Below, piece by piece: positions 29,474 to 40,119 of a DNA stretch of 64,000 bases. Every line of letters begins with the position of its first letter. Within the stretch, counting starts at the first letter, position 1. Source of the DNA: Candidatus Heimdallarchaeota archaeon (GTDB taxonomy: Archaea; Asgardarchaeota; Heimdallarchaeia; Heimdallarchaeales; Heimdallarchaeaceae). The stretch is taken from positions 42,634 to 106,633 of the forward strand of contig DAOVET010000001.1 in assembly GCA_030668825.1 (NCBI GenBank). The letters are read 5' to 3'. Made by a program: the position numbers and the translations under genes. The notes under the pieces were generated by a model. It saw only the letters and a program-made list of their open reading frames with translations. It was not told where the DNA came from and made no database searches.

Positions 29474-30001
29474 ATGAGAGCTTTATACTTAGGACGTTTT
29501 AATCCTCCTCATAAGGGACATATCTATTCATTAGAGTATATATTAAATCAGCCAGATATTGATGAAATAATCATCCTTATTGGAAGTGGAGAAAAAGCTT
29601 ATTCACTAAAGAATCCTTTCACCGGTGGGGAGAGATATGAAATGGTTGTAACAATGGTCAAGGAACATTTCAACTATGATCAATTCTTTATTTCTGCAAT
29701 TCCAGATATTAATCGAAACACAATCTGGCCGGCGAATGTTATAGACCTAATTCCAAGTTTTGATGTAATCTTCACAAATAATTCTCTTGTTCAAGAGCTG
29801 TTTACAGACTTAAGTAACAAAGAAGTAAGAGAAATTCCTCTCAACAAAAGAGAAGAATTAAGTGGAAAAATTATAAGAGAAAAAATGATTAAGGGAGAGA
29901 ACTGGCAGCAAGCCATTCCTGATGAACTTCTTCCACTTATTGAGAAATATCAAGGGATTAAGAGAATTCAATCTTTGGCAACTAAAGATGAAATTAAATA
30001 A
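29474..30001 (+). CDS. nadM: Nicotinamide-nucleotide adenylyltransferase
   Basis: GRFNPPHKGH, IGS...NPFTGGER, SGKIIR. Confidence 0.9.
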   Translation: MRALYLGRFNPPHKGHIYSLEYILNQPDIDEIIILIGSGEKAYSLKNPFTGGERYEMVVTMVKEHFNYDQFFISAIPDINRNTIWPANVIDLIPSFDVIFTNNSLVQELFTDLSNKEVREIPLNKREELSGKIIREKMIKGENWQQAIPDELLPLIEKYQGIKRIQSLATKDEIK

Positions 30002-30040
30002 TCACACAAATCTTTTATTCATTTTATCTAATGTTAATCT

Positions 30041-30655
30041 ATGAATGTAGATGATGCAATTCGTAATAGAAGATCTATAAGAAAATACAAGGAAAAACCT
30101 CTTACAAAAGAACAAATAGTAGAAATCCTTGACGCAGGAAATAGAGCTCCCTCTGCAAAAAATCGTGTTCAGTGGAGATTTCATGTTTTTCAAGACGAAG
30201 CCAAAGCTAAATTGATACAAGTTTGTAGAGAAGGATTTGAAAAGCTTCCAAAGATACCCCTCATGGCTTCCGCAGCTAATTCTTATAATATTATGGAACA
30301 AGCTCCAGTAGTGATTCTTGTATTACAGACATGCGAATGGGGAGGAATCAGTGCAGAAATTCAGTCTGTATCAGCTGCAATACAGAATATGTTATTGAAA
30401 GCGCATAGTATGGGTTTGGGAACAGTCTGGATAAATGATGTTCTTTTTGTTGAGAATGCAATTCTCGATTTCCTTGATTTTGAAAAAGAGGAATCAGAGT
30501 TTAAGGAAATGCTTTTAGATTTTGGTCGAAAAACTGGTGAGGTAATAGGTTATTCAGGTCCACTGATTGCAGCTATAGCCTTAGGGCATCCTAATGAAAA
30601 TCCAAAACGAGATCCTAGAAAAACTGTAGAGGAAGTTACTATTTGGCATGAATAG
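30041..30655 (+). CDS. Nitroreductase family protein
   Basis: RRSIRKY, APSAKN..W.F, AIQNMLLKAHSMGLGTVW. Confidence 0.92.
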   Translation: MNVDDAIRNRRSIRKYKEKPLTKEQIVEILDAGNRAPSAKNRVQWRFHVFQDEAKAKLIQVCREGFEKLPKIPLMASAANSYNIMEQAPVVILVLQTCEWGGISAEIQSVSAAIQNMLLKAHSMGLGTVWINDVLFVENAILDFLDFEKEESEFKEMLLDFGRKTGEVIGYSGPLIAAIALGHPNENPKRDPRKTVEEVTIWHE

Positions 30656-30695
30656 AAAAATTCAAGGTGATTATCGAATCACACTTGACAGTTTT

Positions 30696-32192
30696 CTACC
30701 AATTTCGTAAGACATCAATGATTAATCTAACAGCTGGACCTTTGCTACCTTTAGGATTGTAGTCTTTATCACCACTTTGTTCCATTGCACCTGCTATATC
30801 TAGATGAGCCCATGGAACATCCATAGTAAATTTACTTAGAAACCTTGCTGCTGTTATTGAGCCACCAGGTCTTCCCCCTGTGTGTTTAAAGTCTGCTAGA
30901 TCACTTTTTAGCTGTTCATCGTAATCTTCCCACAAGGGCATTCTCCAAATTTTATCACCACTAGATTTGGAAGCTTCTTCTAGCTTATCAACTACGAAAT
31001 CATGATTGGAAAAGTATCCTACTGCATGCTCACCTAAAGCTATCATCATCGCTCCAGTTAATGTTGCAAAATCGAACATAGCCTTTGGTTCATAATGTTT
31101 AGCCGCATAGGTTAATGCATCATTCAGAACCATTCGTCCTTCAGCATCAGTATTGATGACTTCAATTGTGTGACCACTATAGCTTGTTATTATATCTCCA
31201 GGATGGTAAGCTGTTCCAGAAGGCATATTGTCTGTTGCTGGTACAATCCCTACTACATGCAGGTTAATATCTAATTTGGCTATTGCTTCCATAGCTGCAA
31301 TCACTACTGCACCACCTGTCATATCAGCTTTCATTTTTTCCATATTTTGACCAGGTTTGAGACTTATGCCACCACTGTCAAAGGTGATTGCTTTACCAAT
31401 TAATGCAACTGTTTCGACTCCTTGTTTGTCAGCACCATGTTCCATGATTATAAATTTAGGTGGTTCCTTTGTTCCTCTTGCAACAGCTAGAAAACTTGTC
31501 AGGCCTATTTCTTTGATTTTTTCTCTATCGAAAATAGTTGTTTTAATTCCCGTTTCTTTTTCCATTCGTAGGGCTTCATCGGCAAGTTTGGTTGGAGTGA
31601 TATAATTAGCAGGACCCCATGCCAATGTTCTACATAGGTTAACGGAATCAGCGATTATTTTCCCACTTTCAGCTCCTTTCTTCATAATGTCTTCTTCAAC
31701 TGTTTCGCTGAAAATCTGCAGTTCGTCGATTTTCTTATATTTTTCAAGTTTTTCTGTTTTGTAAGTAATATTTTGGAAACTTCCCATAATCATGCCTTGA
31801 ACGATAGCTTCTGTTGTTTCAACAATATCCAGTTTTTCTCTTGAAAAGAAATCAAGATTGACTCCTAGTTTCTTTATACCAAGATCTCTAGCTTCTCTTG
31901 AAGAATTACCTAATGCTTTTCGAACTGTTTCTACAGTTAGCTTTTCTTCCTTTCCTAAACCTACTAGGAGAAGTCTTTTGGTAGGGATTGATCCTTGTGT
32001 GTATACCAAGGATATTTGTCCTGGTTTTCCTTTGAAATCACCGAGATCTAAAATTTCACAAACAGTTTCATTTAATTCTTTAAGCATAACATCTTCTTTT
32101 GCTGCTTCTAAAACCCCTAGAATGACTAGAGGTAAGTCATTTTCCTTTAGATTAATCCTTTTTACATCAACTTTCATGATGACCACATTCAA
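30696..32192 (-). CDS. pepA: Leucyl aminopeptidase (M17)
   Basis: GKAITFDSGG..LK, MKADM, NTDAEGR, ATLTGA, HLDIAG. Confidence 0.95.
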   Translation of the reverse strand: MNVVIMKVDVKRINLKENDLPLVILGVLEAAKEDVMLKELNETVCEILDLGDFKGKPGQISLVYTQGSIPTKRLLLVGLGKEEKLTVETVRKALGNSSREARDLGIKKLGVNLDFFSREKLDIVETTEAIVQGMIMGSFQNITYKTEKLEKYKKIDELQIFSETVEEDIMKKGAESGKIIADSVNLCRTLAWGPANYITPTKLADEALRMEKETGIKTTIFDREKIKEIGLTSFLAVARGTKEPPKFIIMEHGADKQGVETVALIGKAITFDSGGISLKPGQNMEKMKADMTGGAVVIAAMEAIAKLDINLHVVGIVPATDNMPSGTAYHPGDIITSYSGHTIEVINTDAEGRMVLNDALTYAAKHYEPKAMFDFATLTGAMMIALGEHAVGYFSNHDFVVDKLEEASKSSGDKIWRMPLWEDYDEQLKSDLADFKHTGGRPGGSITAARFLSKFTMDVPWAHLDIAGAMEQSGDKDYNPKGSKGPAVRLIIDVLRNW

Positions 32193-32252
32193 ATAAGGTA
32201 GACAAAGGGGATTAAAAACAGTTTTTGTTTAACGATAGAATGTTGTTTAAAT

Positions 32253-32264
32253 TCTTGTACAAGA
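32253..32264. promoter_or_regulatory. Perfect 12-bp palindrome in divergent promoter region (candidate operator)
   Basis: tcttgtacaaga, with a second tgtacaa at 32277-32283. Confidence 0.35.
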
Positions 32265-32339
32265 TTTAATAATGGCTGTACAAAACATTTTATTATAAGA
32301 GTCTTTGAGCATGAGCTTCTCGAAGTAAGTACACTTCAG

Positions 32340-33041
32340 ATGATGAAAATGAGTGATGAAAAAATATTGAGTAAAGCAATCTCAAGAAACTTAAAAAGTA
32401 GTTTCATTAAATGGCTAGCTATTGGTTTTGGTATAGCAGTTGTTACAGGAGGGATTGTGGGAATTGGAGTATACTTTGGTATTCAAGACCCAACTACACC
32501 AAATCCTGAAGTAGACTCATTCTCAACACAATTGGCTGAATCAGTATATGCTTTGATATCCAATGTAGTACATGTGGAAATCATTGGAAATGCGACAGCT
32601 CAGATAAATAGTCGAATGATAAGTGCAACTTTTGATAGAGTTGGTGATAATGTTACCTACTCATGGGCTGTTACAGGATATGCCATTGATCCAATAGAGG
32701 AAGTCAACTTTGTACTCACAACAAATCAAGTAAACCAAATAGGTCAAGGATTATTAGAATCAATTAATAATACTGAAAAAGTAGGAATTTGGGGAGTTGA
32801 CACCTATTCATCAGGAGGAGAGCAACCTAATATGAAATGGATAACAGAGTTGTATCTTGAAAACAGTACTGTTATCTATTTGTATGTCAACATGGAAAGT
32901 TTAGTTCTATTCCAATCAACAACTTGGACTGGAGATTATCAAGCCCCTATTAACATGATTGGAGCAACAGTTCTTGAACCAGAAAGTGCTTTTGATGAAT
33001 ATATATCCGTTTTAAGTACTTTATTCGCTCCATACTTCTGA
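32340..33041 (+). CDS. Single-TM membrane-anchored hypothetical protein
   Basis: N-terminal TM helix followed by an extracellular-type domain. Confidence 0.75.
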   Translation: MMKMSDEKILSKAISRNLKSSFIKWLAIGFGIAVVTGGIVGIGVYFGIQDPTTPNPEVDSFSTQLAESVYALISNVVHVEIIGNATAQINSRMISATFDRVGDNVTYSWAVTGYAIDPIEEVNFVLTTNQVNQIGQGLLESINNTEKVGIWGVDTYSSGGEQPNMKWITELYLENSTVIYLYVNMESLVLFQSTTWTGDYQAPINMIGATVLEPESAFDEYISVLSTLFAPYF

Positions 33042-33057
33042 AATTGGTGAAACCTGA

Positions 33058-33531
33058 ATGACTGAGAAGAATGATGAAGATATAATCTCTTCTTTAACTG
33101 GAACAGCTTTACGCGTATTTGTATATGCATTAAAGAAAGCTAAAGATGTTGGAGTTAGAGAAACTCAAAGAGATTTAGGATTTAAATCAGCTAGTCATTC
33201 TCAATATCACCTTCAAAGATTAGAACAACTTGGACTCCTTGAAAAAAATAAGAACAATAGATATGATTTAAAAGAACAATATGAAAACTTGCGAAGTCTA
33301 AGAATAGGCATTCTTACAGAAATTTATGTGTTTAAAGGATGGATGATACCTTCTTTAGGACTTTTTTCAGGATTTTTGGCAAGCAGCTTGATTATTTCAA
33401 TACTGTTCTACTTCCTGCTGACTCCTTTAGCGGCAATAATATTCAGTTCTGTTGCACTATCTATGAGTTCTATTTATTCAGGATATAGAGCAATTAAAGT
33501 TATCAAATCTTTCAAACAGAGTGAAGAGTAA
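33058..33531 (+). CDS. Winged-helix transcription regulator with two C-terminal TM helices
   Basis: GVRETQRDLGFKSASHSQYHLQRLEQLGLL wHTH followed by two hydrophobic helices. Confidence 0.8.
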   Translation: MTEKNDEDIISSLTGTALRVFVYALKKAKDVGVRETQRDLGFKSASHSQYHLQRLEQLGLLEKNKNNRYDLKEQYENLRSLRIGILTEIYVFKGWMIPSLGLFSGFLASSLIISILFYFLLTPLAAIIFSSVALSMSSIYSGYRAIKVIKSFKQSEE

Positions 33532-33544
33532 GAATTCACTTCTG

Positions 33545-34012
33545 TTATTTTTCTTCTAATATATTTTTTACATGCTCTAGAGCTTTTTTGTTGTCTTCCC
33601 ACTTGAGCAGTTTCATTGCTTCTTCAAAAGAACACCATTTCCATTGATCATGCTCTTTTGGATCAATACTAGGTAAATCAGGTTGATTGATTCTTGCCAC
33701 AAAAACATATTCAGGAATATCTTTAACACCTTCAGGATAATCCTTGTTGTATTTTTCTTCTATTTTAATATTATATGAAAAATCAGTCTGAAAAATAAAG
33801 TTCGGTATATAACTTGTCTCTTCTAACAATTCTCTTTTGGCTGCATCTAGCAAATCTTCTCCTTTTTCAGGGGCTCCAGTTACTCCTTGCCAGAAACCAC
33901 CAATGCTTTCAATTCTTTTAAGCAGAAGATATTCCCAAAGATCATCTTTTTCTCTTACAGGATAAACCAGTACTTGTTCTGGAATTCTCATTAATATTAA
34001 AAATTCCCTCAC
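33545..34012 (-). CDS. NUDIX hydrolase (NudB-like)
   Basis: FWQGVTG..E.GE....AA.RELLEET Nudix box; EH..WKW. Confidence 0.9.
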   Translation of the reverse strand: MREFLILMRIPEQVLVYPVREKDDLWEYLLLKRIESIGGFWQGVTGAPEKGEDLLDAAKRELLEETSYIPNFIFQTDFSYNIKIEEKYNKDYPEGVKDIPEYVFVARINQPDLPSIDPKEHDQWKWCSFEEAMKLLKWEDNKKALEHVKNILEEK

Positions 34013-34050
34013 CTATAAAATAAGTTTCATTTTGCACATTTACTAAAAGT

Positions 34051-34917
34051 TCACCCCTTTTCTTCTTTCCTTTTTTCTATAAATCTATAAACAGCTCCCC
34101 ACATATAGTTATCTTCTCTTTCTTTAACTTCAAGATTATTGGTGTGCATCCATTTCTGTAAGGATTCCTTGGTAACATCGTCATACTTAGAGTCAATCTT
34201 ACCATCATAAAAACCATCAATTGTCAAAACTTCCTTGATGGTTTTCATAACATCTCCCCCTAGCTTAACTTTATCATCAGGATCATCTCGCTTAAGCAGT
34301 GAAAGGTCATAAAGTTCAAACACTCTTCGTAATTCCTTAATGGGGTGCTCGTGCTCATCAACTCTTACATTGATGTATCTATCAGTTCCTCCATCATATG
34401 CCCCTTCTTCTTTAACAATTAGAATTGCAGCTGATTGTTTACCTCTACTATCTCCTCCTGCATCCTGACCTTCTTCCAAAGCTGCTAGAAATTTTTCAAC
34501 AAGATCCCCAGATGTTTCTCTATAGGCATGAGACATTGCTAAAACAGTATCTTCAGAAACAAGTATATTCCCTTGACATGAATAGTTTTCACCAATTACA
34601 TGTCCAGCCCAATCAAAGCATTTATTACCTGTAAATGAAGCAACGTTTCCAAAAGAGTCAACTATACCAACTTGTCTATGTTCTCTTTTCTCATCATGTT
34701 GAGTGATTATTTTGATTGTCTCTTCAGCTGTCATACCTTGTTCCAATAAGGCTAAGCTTTTTGGACCATAACTTGTGTTCGTCCATGCTTGTGTAGCTAC
34801 TGCTCCAACATTCGCTTTGGCAAATGGAACAATGCTTCCAACTGCAATGAATTTTGACTGCACTGCTACTCCCCATTCTTTCTTCTCAGGATCATAAGCA
34901 ACTATTGAAAATGTCAT
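34051..34917 (-). CDS. DUF1028 (Ntn-hydrolase-like) protein
   Basis: MTFSIVA.D....WGVAVQSKF.AVG, GAVATQA, AGGD.RG.QSAA; probable start at 34917. Confidence 0.88.
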   Translation of the reverse strand: MTFSIVAYDPEKKEWGVAVQSKFIAVGSIVPFAKANVGAVATQAWTNTSYGPKSLALLEQGMTAEETIKIITQHDEKREHRQVGIVDSFGNVASFTGNKCFDWAGHVIGENYSCQGNILVSEDTVLAMSHAYRETSGDLVEKFLAALEEGQDAGGDSRGKQSAAILIVKEEGAYDGGTDRYINVRVDEHEHPIKELRRVFELYDLSLLKRDDPDDKVKLGGDVMKTIKEVLTIDGFYDGKIDSKYDDVTKESLQKWMHTNNLEVKEREDNYMWGAVYRFIEKRKEEKG

Positions 34918-35140
34918 TTTTCTCAAATAAAGATTGAATCTGTTCATATTAAGTTTTATCCAGAGAAAAACAAAATTCAAAGGAAATTGTACGGAAATAA
35001 TACGATAGCAATTCGCTTTTTGTCGGGATTATGTTGTCGTCTAGAACGTTCTCACAGCTTTAAAGCTAAATATACGTAAAAAAATCTAGTTATCTAGGTG
35101 AAAATTTAATATTTTACAAAAAAATGAGAGAGAGAAAGCT

Positions 35141-35539
35141 TTATTCGTTGATTCTAGGTTCACTAATAATCTGTATAGAATTTCCTTCTGAGTCTTTAAT
35201 ATTAAAATACGATACCATCTTAGGTATGTCAACAATATCTGTTGTTTCTATACTTTTACCTTCAAAGTATTTCTTATTTGCTTTTAGATCTGGGACATTA
35301 AAAGTAAGTACTCCTGAGTTGGGGAGATATTCATGATCTTTTTCAACAAGATTCAGCCCTAGCTTTGCAACCTTACCAGGAAGGAAAAATTCACACCAAC
35401 CAGCTTCAGGACCCATATACCAAGATATCTCAAAATTGAATGTGTCTTTATAGAATTTCTTAGCTCTCTCTATATCTGTGACTTTAATTTGGAAATAAAT
35501 TTCCTTAATAGGAACAGGATATTCTCTTTCGTCAATCAT
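35141..35539 (-). CDS. VOC/glyoxalase family protein
   Basis: VTDIERAKKFY...F, F.V.DL, F.IKDSEGN.I. Confidence 0.88.
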   Translation of the reverse strand: MIDEREYPVPIKEIYFQIKVTDIERAKKFYKDTFNFEISWYMGPEAGWCEFFLPGKVAKLGLNLVEKDHEYLPNSGVLTFNVPDLKANKKYFEGKSIETTDIVDIPKMVSYFNIKDSEGNSIQIISEPRINE

Positions 35540-35668
35540 GAGTGAATTCTAAGTTTTCAGTTTAATAAGTATTAATATTAAACAAATAGTTACTAATTTA
35601 TAACTCTACTGCAATCTAACGGCAATTTGCTGAAGAAAGTTTAAATAGGTTTACTCATCCGACACTGT

Positions 35669-36244
35669 ATGTCGAACTCAAACATAATATACAAAGTTCA
35701 AAAAGCTATGATGGGCTCAAAATATAACATTTTTGAAATAGATTCAGAAGAAATAATATACACAGCTGTTGTAACACCACTCATTTCTAAGTTGTTCCCT
35801 AAAATTACTGTAAAGGATCATACAGGAGCAACAATCGGTACTTTGAAATCAAATCCGCTCAAATCAAAATGGACATTAACTCTAGAAGATGGAGAAGATG
35901 CAATTATTAATGTTCCAGTCATCACAATGTTCGGGATTCATTTTTCAATTGAAATAGGTGGAGTTACTTACAAAGCTCCTCATGTAAGGTGGGATTATAC
36001 AGCAGTAGATGAACAAGGAAACCCTGGGTTCACTATAAATAAAATGCTTTTAGAGTATTTACGAAATACTTTTCATGCACAAACAAGTGGTATCCAAAAT
36101 CCTCTATACGCTATTTGCACATCCATAGTAATGGATTATCGTTTCTACAAAGGCAGCTGGTTATCATTTAAATTCTTCAAGCTATTCAGGAATTCAAAAC
36201 CAACAAGAAGAGCATATCGTCGTCACAGAAAGAGTCAGCAGTAG
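35669..36244 (+). CDS. LURP-one/Tubby-C-like protein
   Basis: Y.V.K.....KYNIF, I.VKD..G..IG.LK, WDY...DE.G and terminal buried helix with D. Confidence 0.55.
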   Translation: MSNSNIIYKVQKAMMGSKYNIFEIDSEEIIYTAVVTPLISKLFPKITVKDHTGATIGTLKSNPLKSKWTLTLEDGEDAIINVPVITMFGIHFSIEIGGVTYKAPHVRWDYTAVDEQGNPGFTINKMLLEYLRNTFHAQTSGIQNPLYAICTSIVMDYRFYKGSWLSFKFFKLFRNSKPTRRAYRRHRKSQQ

Positions 36245-36330
36245 TTCTTCTTTCACTTATTTTTTTCTCAAAGTAATTTTTTTCTCAAAAAAAGGTAAAG
36301 GCATATTAATGTCACAATTCATTAAAGTTC

Positions 36331-36774
36331 ATGGAAATTGAAGATATTATTGAATACTTTAAAACCCAACCTTTGATGTATCTTGCAACTGTAGATGGCA
36401 ACCAACCTAAAGTAAGACCAATGGCTTTAATCTATCATAAGGATACATGCTGGTTTGTTAGCATTGCAGGAAGAAAAAAGATTAAGGAAATTGAAACTAA
36501 TGATAACGTTGAATTTGCAATTAACCCACAAGATAGGGAAGATTTGAGCACAATAAGAGGTGCTGGAAGAGCAATTTTAATAGATGATCAAGAAATAAGA
36601 CAAGATTTAGCTAATGCTATTCCTTGGTTTGATGAATATTGGGAATCAGCAGAAGATCCTAGATTTTTCCTCTATAAAATTGATTTAGAACAAGTAAGCG
36701 TGCAAATTCCTGTAAAAAGAGACATATATATATTCAACATTAAAACAGGAAAAACAGAGGTAAGACCAGAATAA
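36331..36774 (+). CDS. Pyridoxamine 5'-phosphate oxidase-like FMN-binding protein
   Basis: YLATVDGNQPKVRPM, K..EI..N.NVE. Confidence 0.88.
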   Translation: MEIEDIIEYFKTQPLMYLATVDGNQPKVRPMALIYHKDTCWFVSIAGRKKIKEIETNDNVEFAINPQDREDLSTIRGAGRAILIDDQEIRQDLANAIPWFDEYWESAEDPRFFLYKIDLEQVSVQIPVKRDIYIFNIKTGKTEVRPE

Positions 36775-36790
36775 ATGGCTGTTGATAAAA

Positions 36791-37687
36791 CTATTTTTTC
36801 CAATCTAAGTGGATTTCACGTCGAGGGGGAGCTCTTAGAAACTCTTGTTCAGGATGTCCAATTATGAAAACTCCATGAACATTGTGATTTTTTGGTATCC
36901 CTAGTTGTTTTCTTGTTTTTTTACTCCTCCAAAGATATTCTTGAGCAAAACCATTCCAACATGTTCCCAAACCCATTGAATGAGCTGCTAGCATTCCATG
37001 AGTTATAGCAATTCCCGCATCTGAAGCTGTCATCTTTGAATAAGGTGGTGCATGTAAAATAATAACACACGGAGCGTTGAAAAAGATTTGATCAACACCT
37101 TTACTTCTTCTATCAAAAAATCTATCCAAACTTATTTTAGTTTTTGGACTAAGTAATCTTTTTCGTAATAATCCACTAGTGAATGGAACTACAAGGTACT
37201 TTAATTTAAGATACTTCTTTGCTCTAACCATTAAAGTAGCAACTTTGTCAGATAAGAAATCAATATCTTCTTTCTTAGAAAGAACAATGTAGTAACGATT
37301 TTGTCTATTACTTGCACTTGGGGAAAATCTCATAGCTTCAAGAATTTGTGTAATTTCTTCTTCTGAAAGAGGTTGTTGTTTGAAAATCCTAGTTGACCTT
37401 CTACTACGTGAGAATTTCATAAATTCTTCATAAGATAGTAACTGTGAAGGATTCTTGGCTTCTTCAAAATTATATGGCTGATCTGCTCCTTCATAGAGTA
37501 TTGCCTCTGTCGGGCAAATAGCTATACAATGTCCGCATCTAAAACAAAATCTCAACGGATCCTCAAAATGTATCTCTTTTTCCATATTGTCTTTTCTTTC
37601 AACTGAGAATAATTCAACAGTACAAGATGCTATGCATTCCTCACATTTGATACATTTTTCTTTGTCTATTCCAAGAATTTTTAGCAT
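36791..37687 (-). CDS. Nitroreductase with N-terminal 2x[4Fe-4S] ferredoxin domain
   Basis: CxxCxxCxxxC and CxxCxxCxxxCP; RRSTR.F, SPSASN.Q, GLGTCW. Confidence 0.92.
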   Translation of the reverse strand: MLKILGIDKEKCIKCEECIASCTVELFSVERKDNMEKEIHFEDPLRFCFRCGHCIAICPTEAILYEGADQPYNFEEAKNPSQLLSYEEFMKFSRSRRSTRIFKQQPLSEEEITQILEAMRFSPSASNRQNRYYIVLSKKEDIDFLSDKVATLMVRAKKYLKLKYLVVPFTSGLLRKRLLSPKTKISLDRFFDRRSKGVDQIFFNAPCVIILHAPPYSKMTASDAGIAITHGMLAAHSMGLGTCWNGFAQEYLWRSKKTRKQLGIPKNHNVHGVFIIGHPEQEFLRAPPRREIHLDWKK

Positions 37688-37829
37688 TTATATCTGAAAC
37701 AAGGAAAAAAATACTAGTATATATCTTTAACAGAAAGAGAGAAAAAAAATCTTTATGGTAATCAATTTTGTATTTTCTCCATTACTAAACACTTATCAGT
37801 TTCTAGAACTAGAAAAACCCAATAATTAG

Positions 37830-39341
37830 TTGATGATTATGTTAGAACAATATGATAAGCTTCTTAAGAGAATGAAGGAGTTAAGGGTAATTGGGCAGAT
37901 AGCCCAGCTCCTGGGATGGGATCAACAAGTCATGATGCCCAAAGGTTCAGTTATGCAGAGAAGTGAGCAACAAGCATTTGTAGCCACATTGGCTCATAGC
38001 AAGCAAACAGATCCTGAAGTCGGAAAGATGCTTAAGAAAATTAAGGAACATCCTGATTATGACACTTTAGGTTATCAAGAAAAAAGAAACATTTACCTAA
38101 TTCAAAGAGATTATGACAGAGCAATTAAAATACCACCAGAATTTGTTGAGGAATACACAAAAGCTTCAGTTATTTCTGTTGAAAAGTGGAAGGAAGCCAG
38201 AACAAACGATGATTTCAGTGTCTTTAAACCCTATTTAGAAAAAATGTTTGAGCTGACAAAAAAGTATGCAAACTTCCTAAATCCTGACTTACCAGCTTAT
38301 GAAGTCCTACTAGATTTATACGAGCCTGGAATGACAACTGAACAATACAATAAGATTTTTGATCCTCTAAAGAATGCAACAGTGGAATTACTAGAAAAGA
38401 TTAATCAGTCTGGAAAAAAACCTGATCTATCTCTAATCAGAAGAGAAGTTCCTTTGGAATTACAACAGAAATTATCTATAGATCTGATGAATCTATTGAA
38501 TTTTGATATGGATAGAGGAAGAATCGATGTATCTGCTCATCCCTTTACTGGAGGAGAATATGATGATATTAGAATTACTACCAGATACTCGCTTGATGAT
38601 TTTACAGGATCATTGTTTGCTGTAATGCATGAAACTGGACATGGTTGTTATGAACAGAACTTACCTGATGATCTTCGTTATCAACCTATTGGAAATTATT
38701 GTTCAATGGGTGTTCATGAATCTCAATCTCGTTTCTATGAAAATATAATTGGAAGGAGCAAATCATTTTGGTGGTTCTATTTGGAGAAATTCAAGGAACT
38801 TATGGGGGATATCTTTAGTGATGCAACCTATGATGATTTTATCCTGGCTATTAATGCTGTACAACCATCTCTCATTAGAGTTGAAGCCGATGAAGTTACA
38901 TACAACTTGCATATCATTCTACGCTTTGAAATAGAAAGGGATCTTTTTGAAGGAAAAATCAAGATTGATGAACTTCCAGAGGCATGGAACAAGAAAATGA
39001 AAGAGATGTTAGGTGTAAATGTCGATAAGATAAGTAATGGTGTAATCCAAGATATTCACTGGAGCGGTGGATCTTTTGGTTATTTCCCAACATATACCTT
39101 AGGTAATGTGTATGGTGCTCAATTCTCTGCTAAACTTGTGAAAGATATCCCGGATTGGAACGTGAAACTAGAAAAAGGTGATATCAAATCTTTAACCGAC
39201 TGGTTAACTGAAAATATTCATCACAAAGGTAATCTTTTCGACCCTCCAGAACTGGTTAAGGAAGTAACAGGAGAGCTACCTGATCCCAAATATCTGATTC
39301 AGCATTTGAACGATAAATATTCTTATTTGTATGGTTTCTAG
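37830..39341 (+). CDS. Carboxypeptidase M32 (Taq-type)
   Basis: HPF, IRITTRY, HETGH, HESQ, IRVEADE, QDIHW, GYFPTY. Confidence 0.95.
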   Translation: MMIMLEQYDKLLKRMKELRVIGQIAQLLGWDQQVMMPKGSVMQRSEQQAFVATLAHSKQTDPEVGKMLKKIKEHPDYDTLGYQEKRNIYLIQRDYDRAIKIPPEFVEEYTKASVISVEKWKEARTNDDFSVFKPYLEKMFELTKKYANFLNPDLPAYEVLLDLYEPGMTTEQYNKIFDPLKNATVELLEKINQSGKKPDLSLIRREVPLELQQKLSIDLMNLLNFDMDRGRIDVSAHPFTGGEYDDIRITTRYSLDDFTGSLFAVMHETGHGCYEQNLPDDLRYQPIGNYCSMGVHESQSRFYENIIGRSKSFWWFYLEKFKELMGDIFSDATYDDFILAINAVQPSLIRVEADEVTYNLHIILRFEIERDLFEGKIKIDELPEAWNKKMKEMLGVNVDKISNGVIQDIHWSGGSFGYFPTYTLGNVYGAQFSAKLVKDIPDWNVKLEKGDIKSLTDWLTENIHHKGNLFDPPELVKEVTGELPDPKYLIQHLNDKYSYLYGF

Positions 39342-39407
39342 TAAACCATTACTCTCATTTTTTGTAAAAAGCACGTTTTTTAATAAGTTTGTTTTGAATG
39401 TTAATTA

Positions 39408-40115
39408 ATGAATGACGAATATACTCCTCTAAATGTTGTTGCTGTTTTTGCTCATCCTGATGACGAAGCAGGTGCTGTTGGAACATTAATGAATCACAGC
39501 GATCGTGGGGATAATGTCTATGTTGTTTTACTAACTCATGGTGAAAATGCTTCTTCTTTGCAAGGAACACATGATGAAATAACCCTGATTAGACAAGGAC
39601 ATGTAAATAAAATAGAGAAAATAGTTGGAGCGCAATACAGATTACTTGACTTACCGGATTCTGGTGTATTTCCATCTGTAGAAAATGCAAAAAAACTTGC
39701 TCGTATTTTTAAACAACTTAAACCAGATATTGTTATTACTTGGGGAAAATCACATAATATTGGTACAGGTCATCCTGATCATAGATATACTCATGACATT
39801 ACATTAGACGCTATATCGTATGCAAGATACAATGATGATGGGGACAACTTAACCCCTAATAGAAAATCAATCAGTCTCTATACACCAATGATAAGTTTAG
39901 ATTCATCTAGTGATAATTGTGTATATGTAGATGTAACTCACCAACAGGATAGAATAATGAAATTCTTTGATGTTTATGAAGAAGCTTACGGTGAATGGCC
40001 AGTTAGAGCATTTAAGATTGCAGGAATGCTTATGATTGGAAGAGTTGCATTTGCAAAATATGGAGAAGCCTTCAAGAAATTTACTTGGCGCAAAGCGTTA
40101 AATCATCTTGATTAA
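39408..40115 (+). CDS. PIG-L/LmbE family deacetylase
   Basis: AHPDDE, T.GE and HPDH motifs. Confidence 0.9.
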   Translation: MNDEYTPLNVVAVFAHPDDEAGAVGTLMNHSDRGDNVYVVLLTHGENASSLQGTHDEITLIRQGHVNKIEKIVGAQYRLLDLPDSGVFPSVENAKKLARIFKQLKPDIVITWGKSHNIGTGHPDHRYTHDITLDAISYARYNDDGDNLTPNRKSISLYTPMISLDSSSDNCVYVDVTHQQDRIMKFFDVYEEAYGEWPVRAFKIAGMLMIGRVAFAKYGEAFKKFTWRKALNHLD

Positions 40116-40119
40116 GCTT

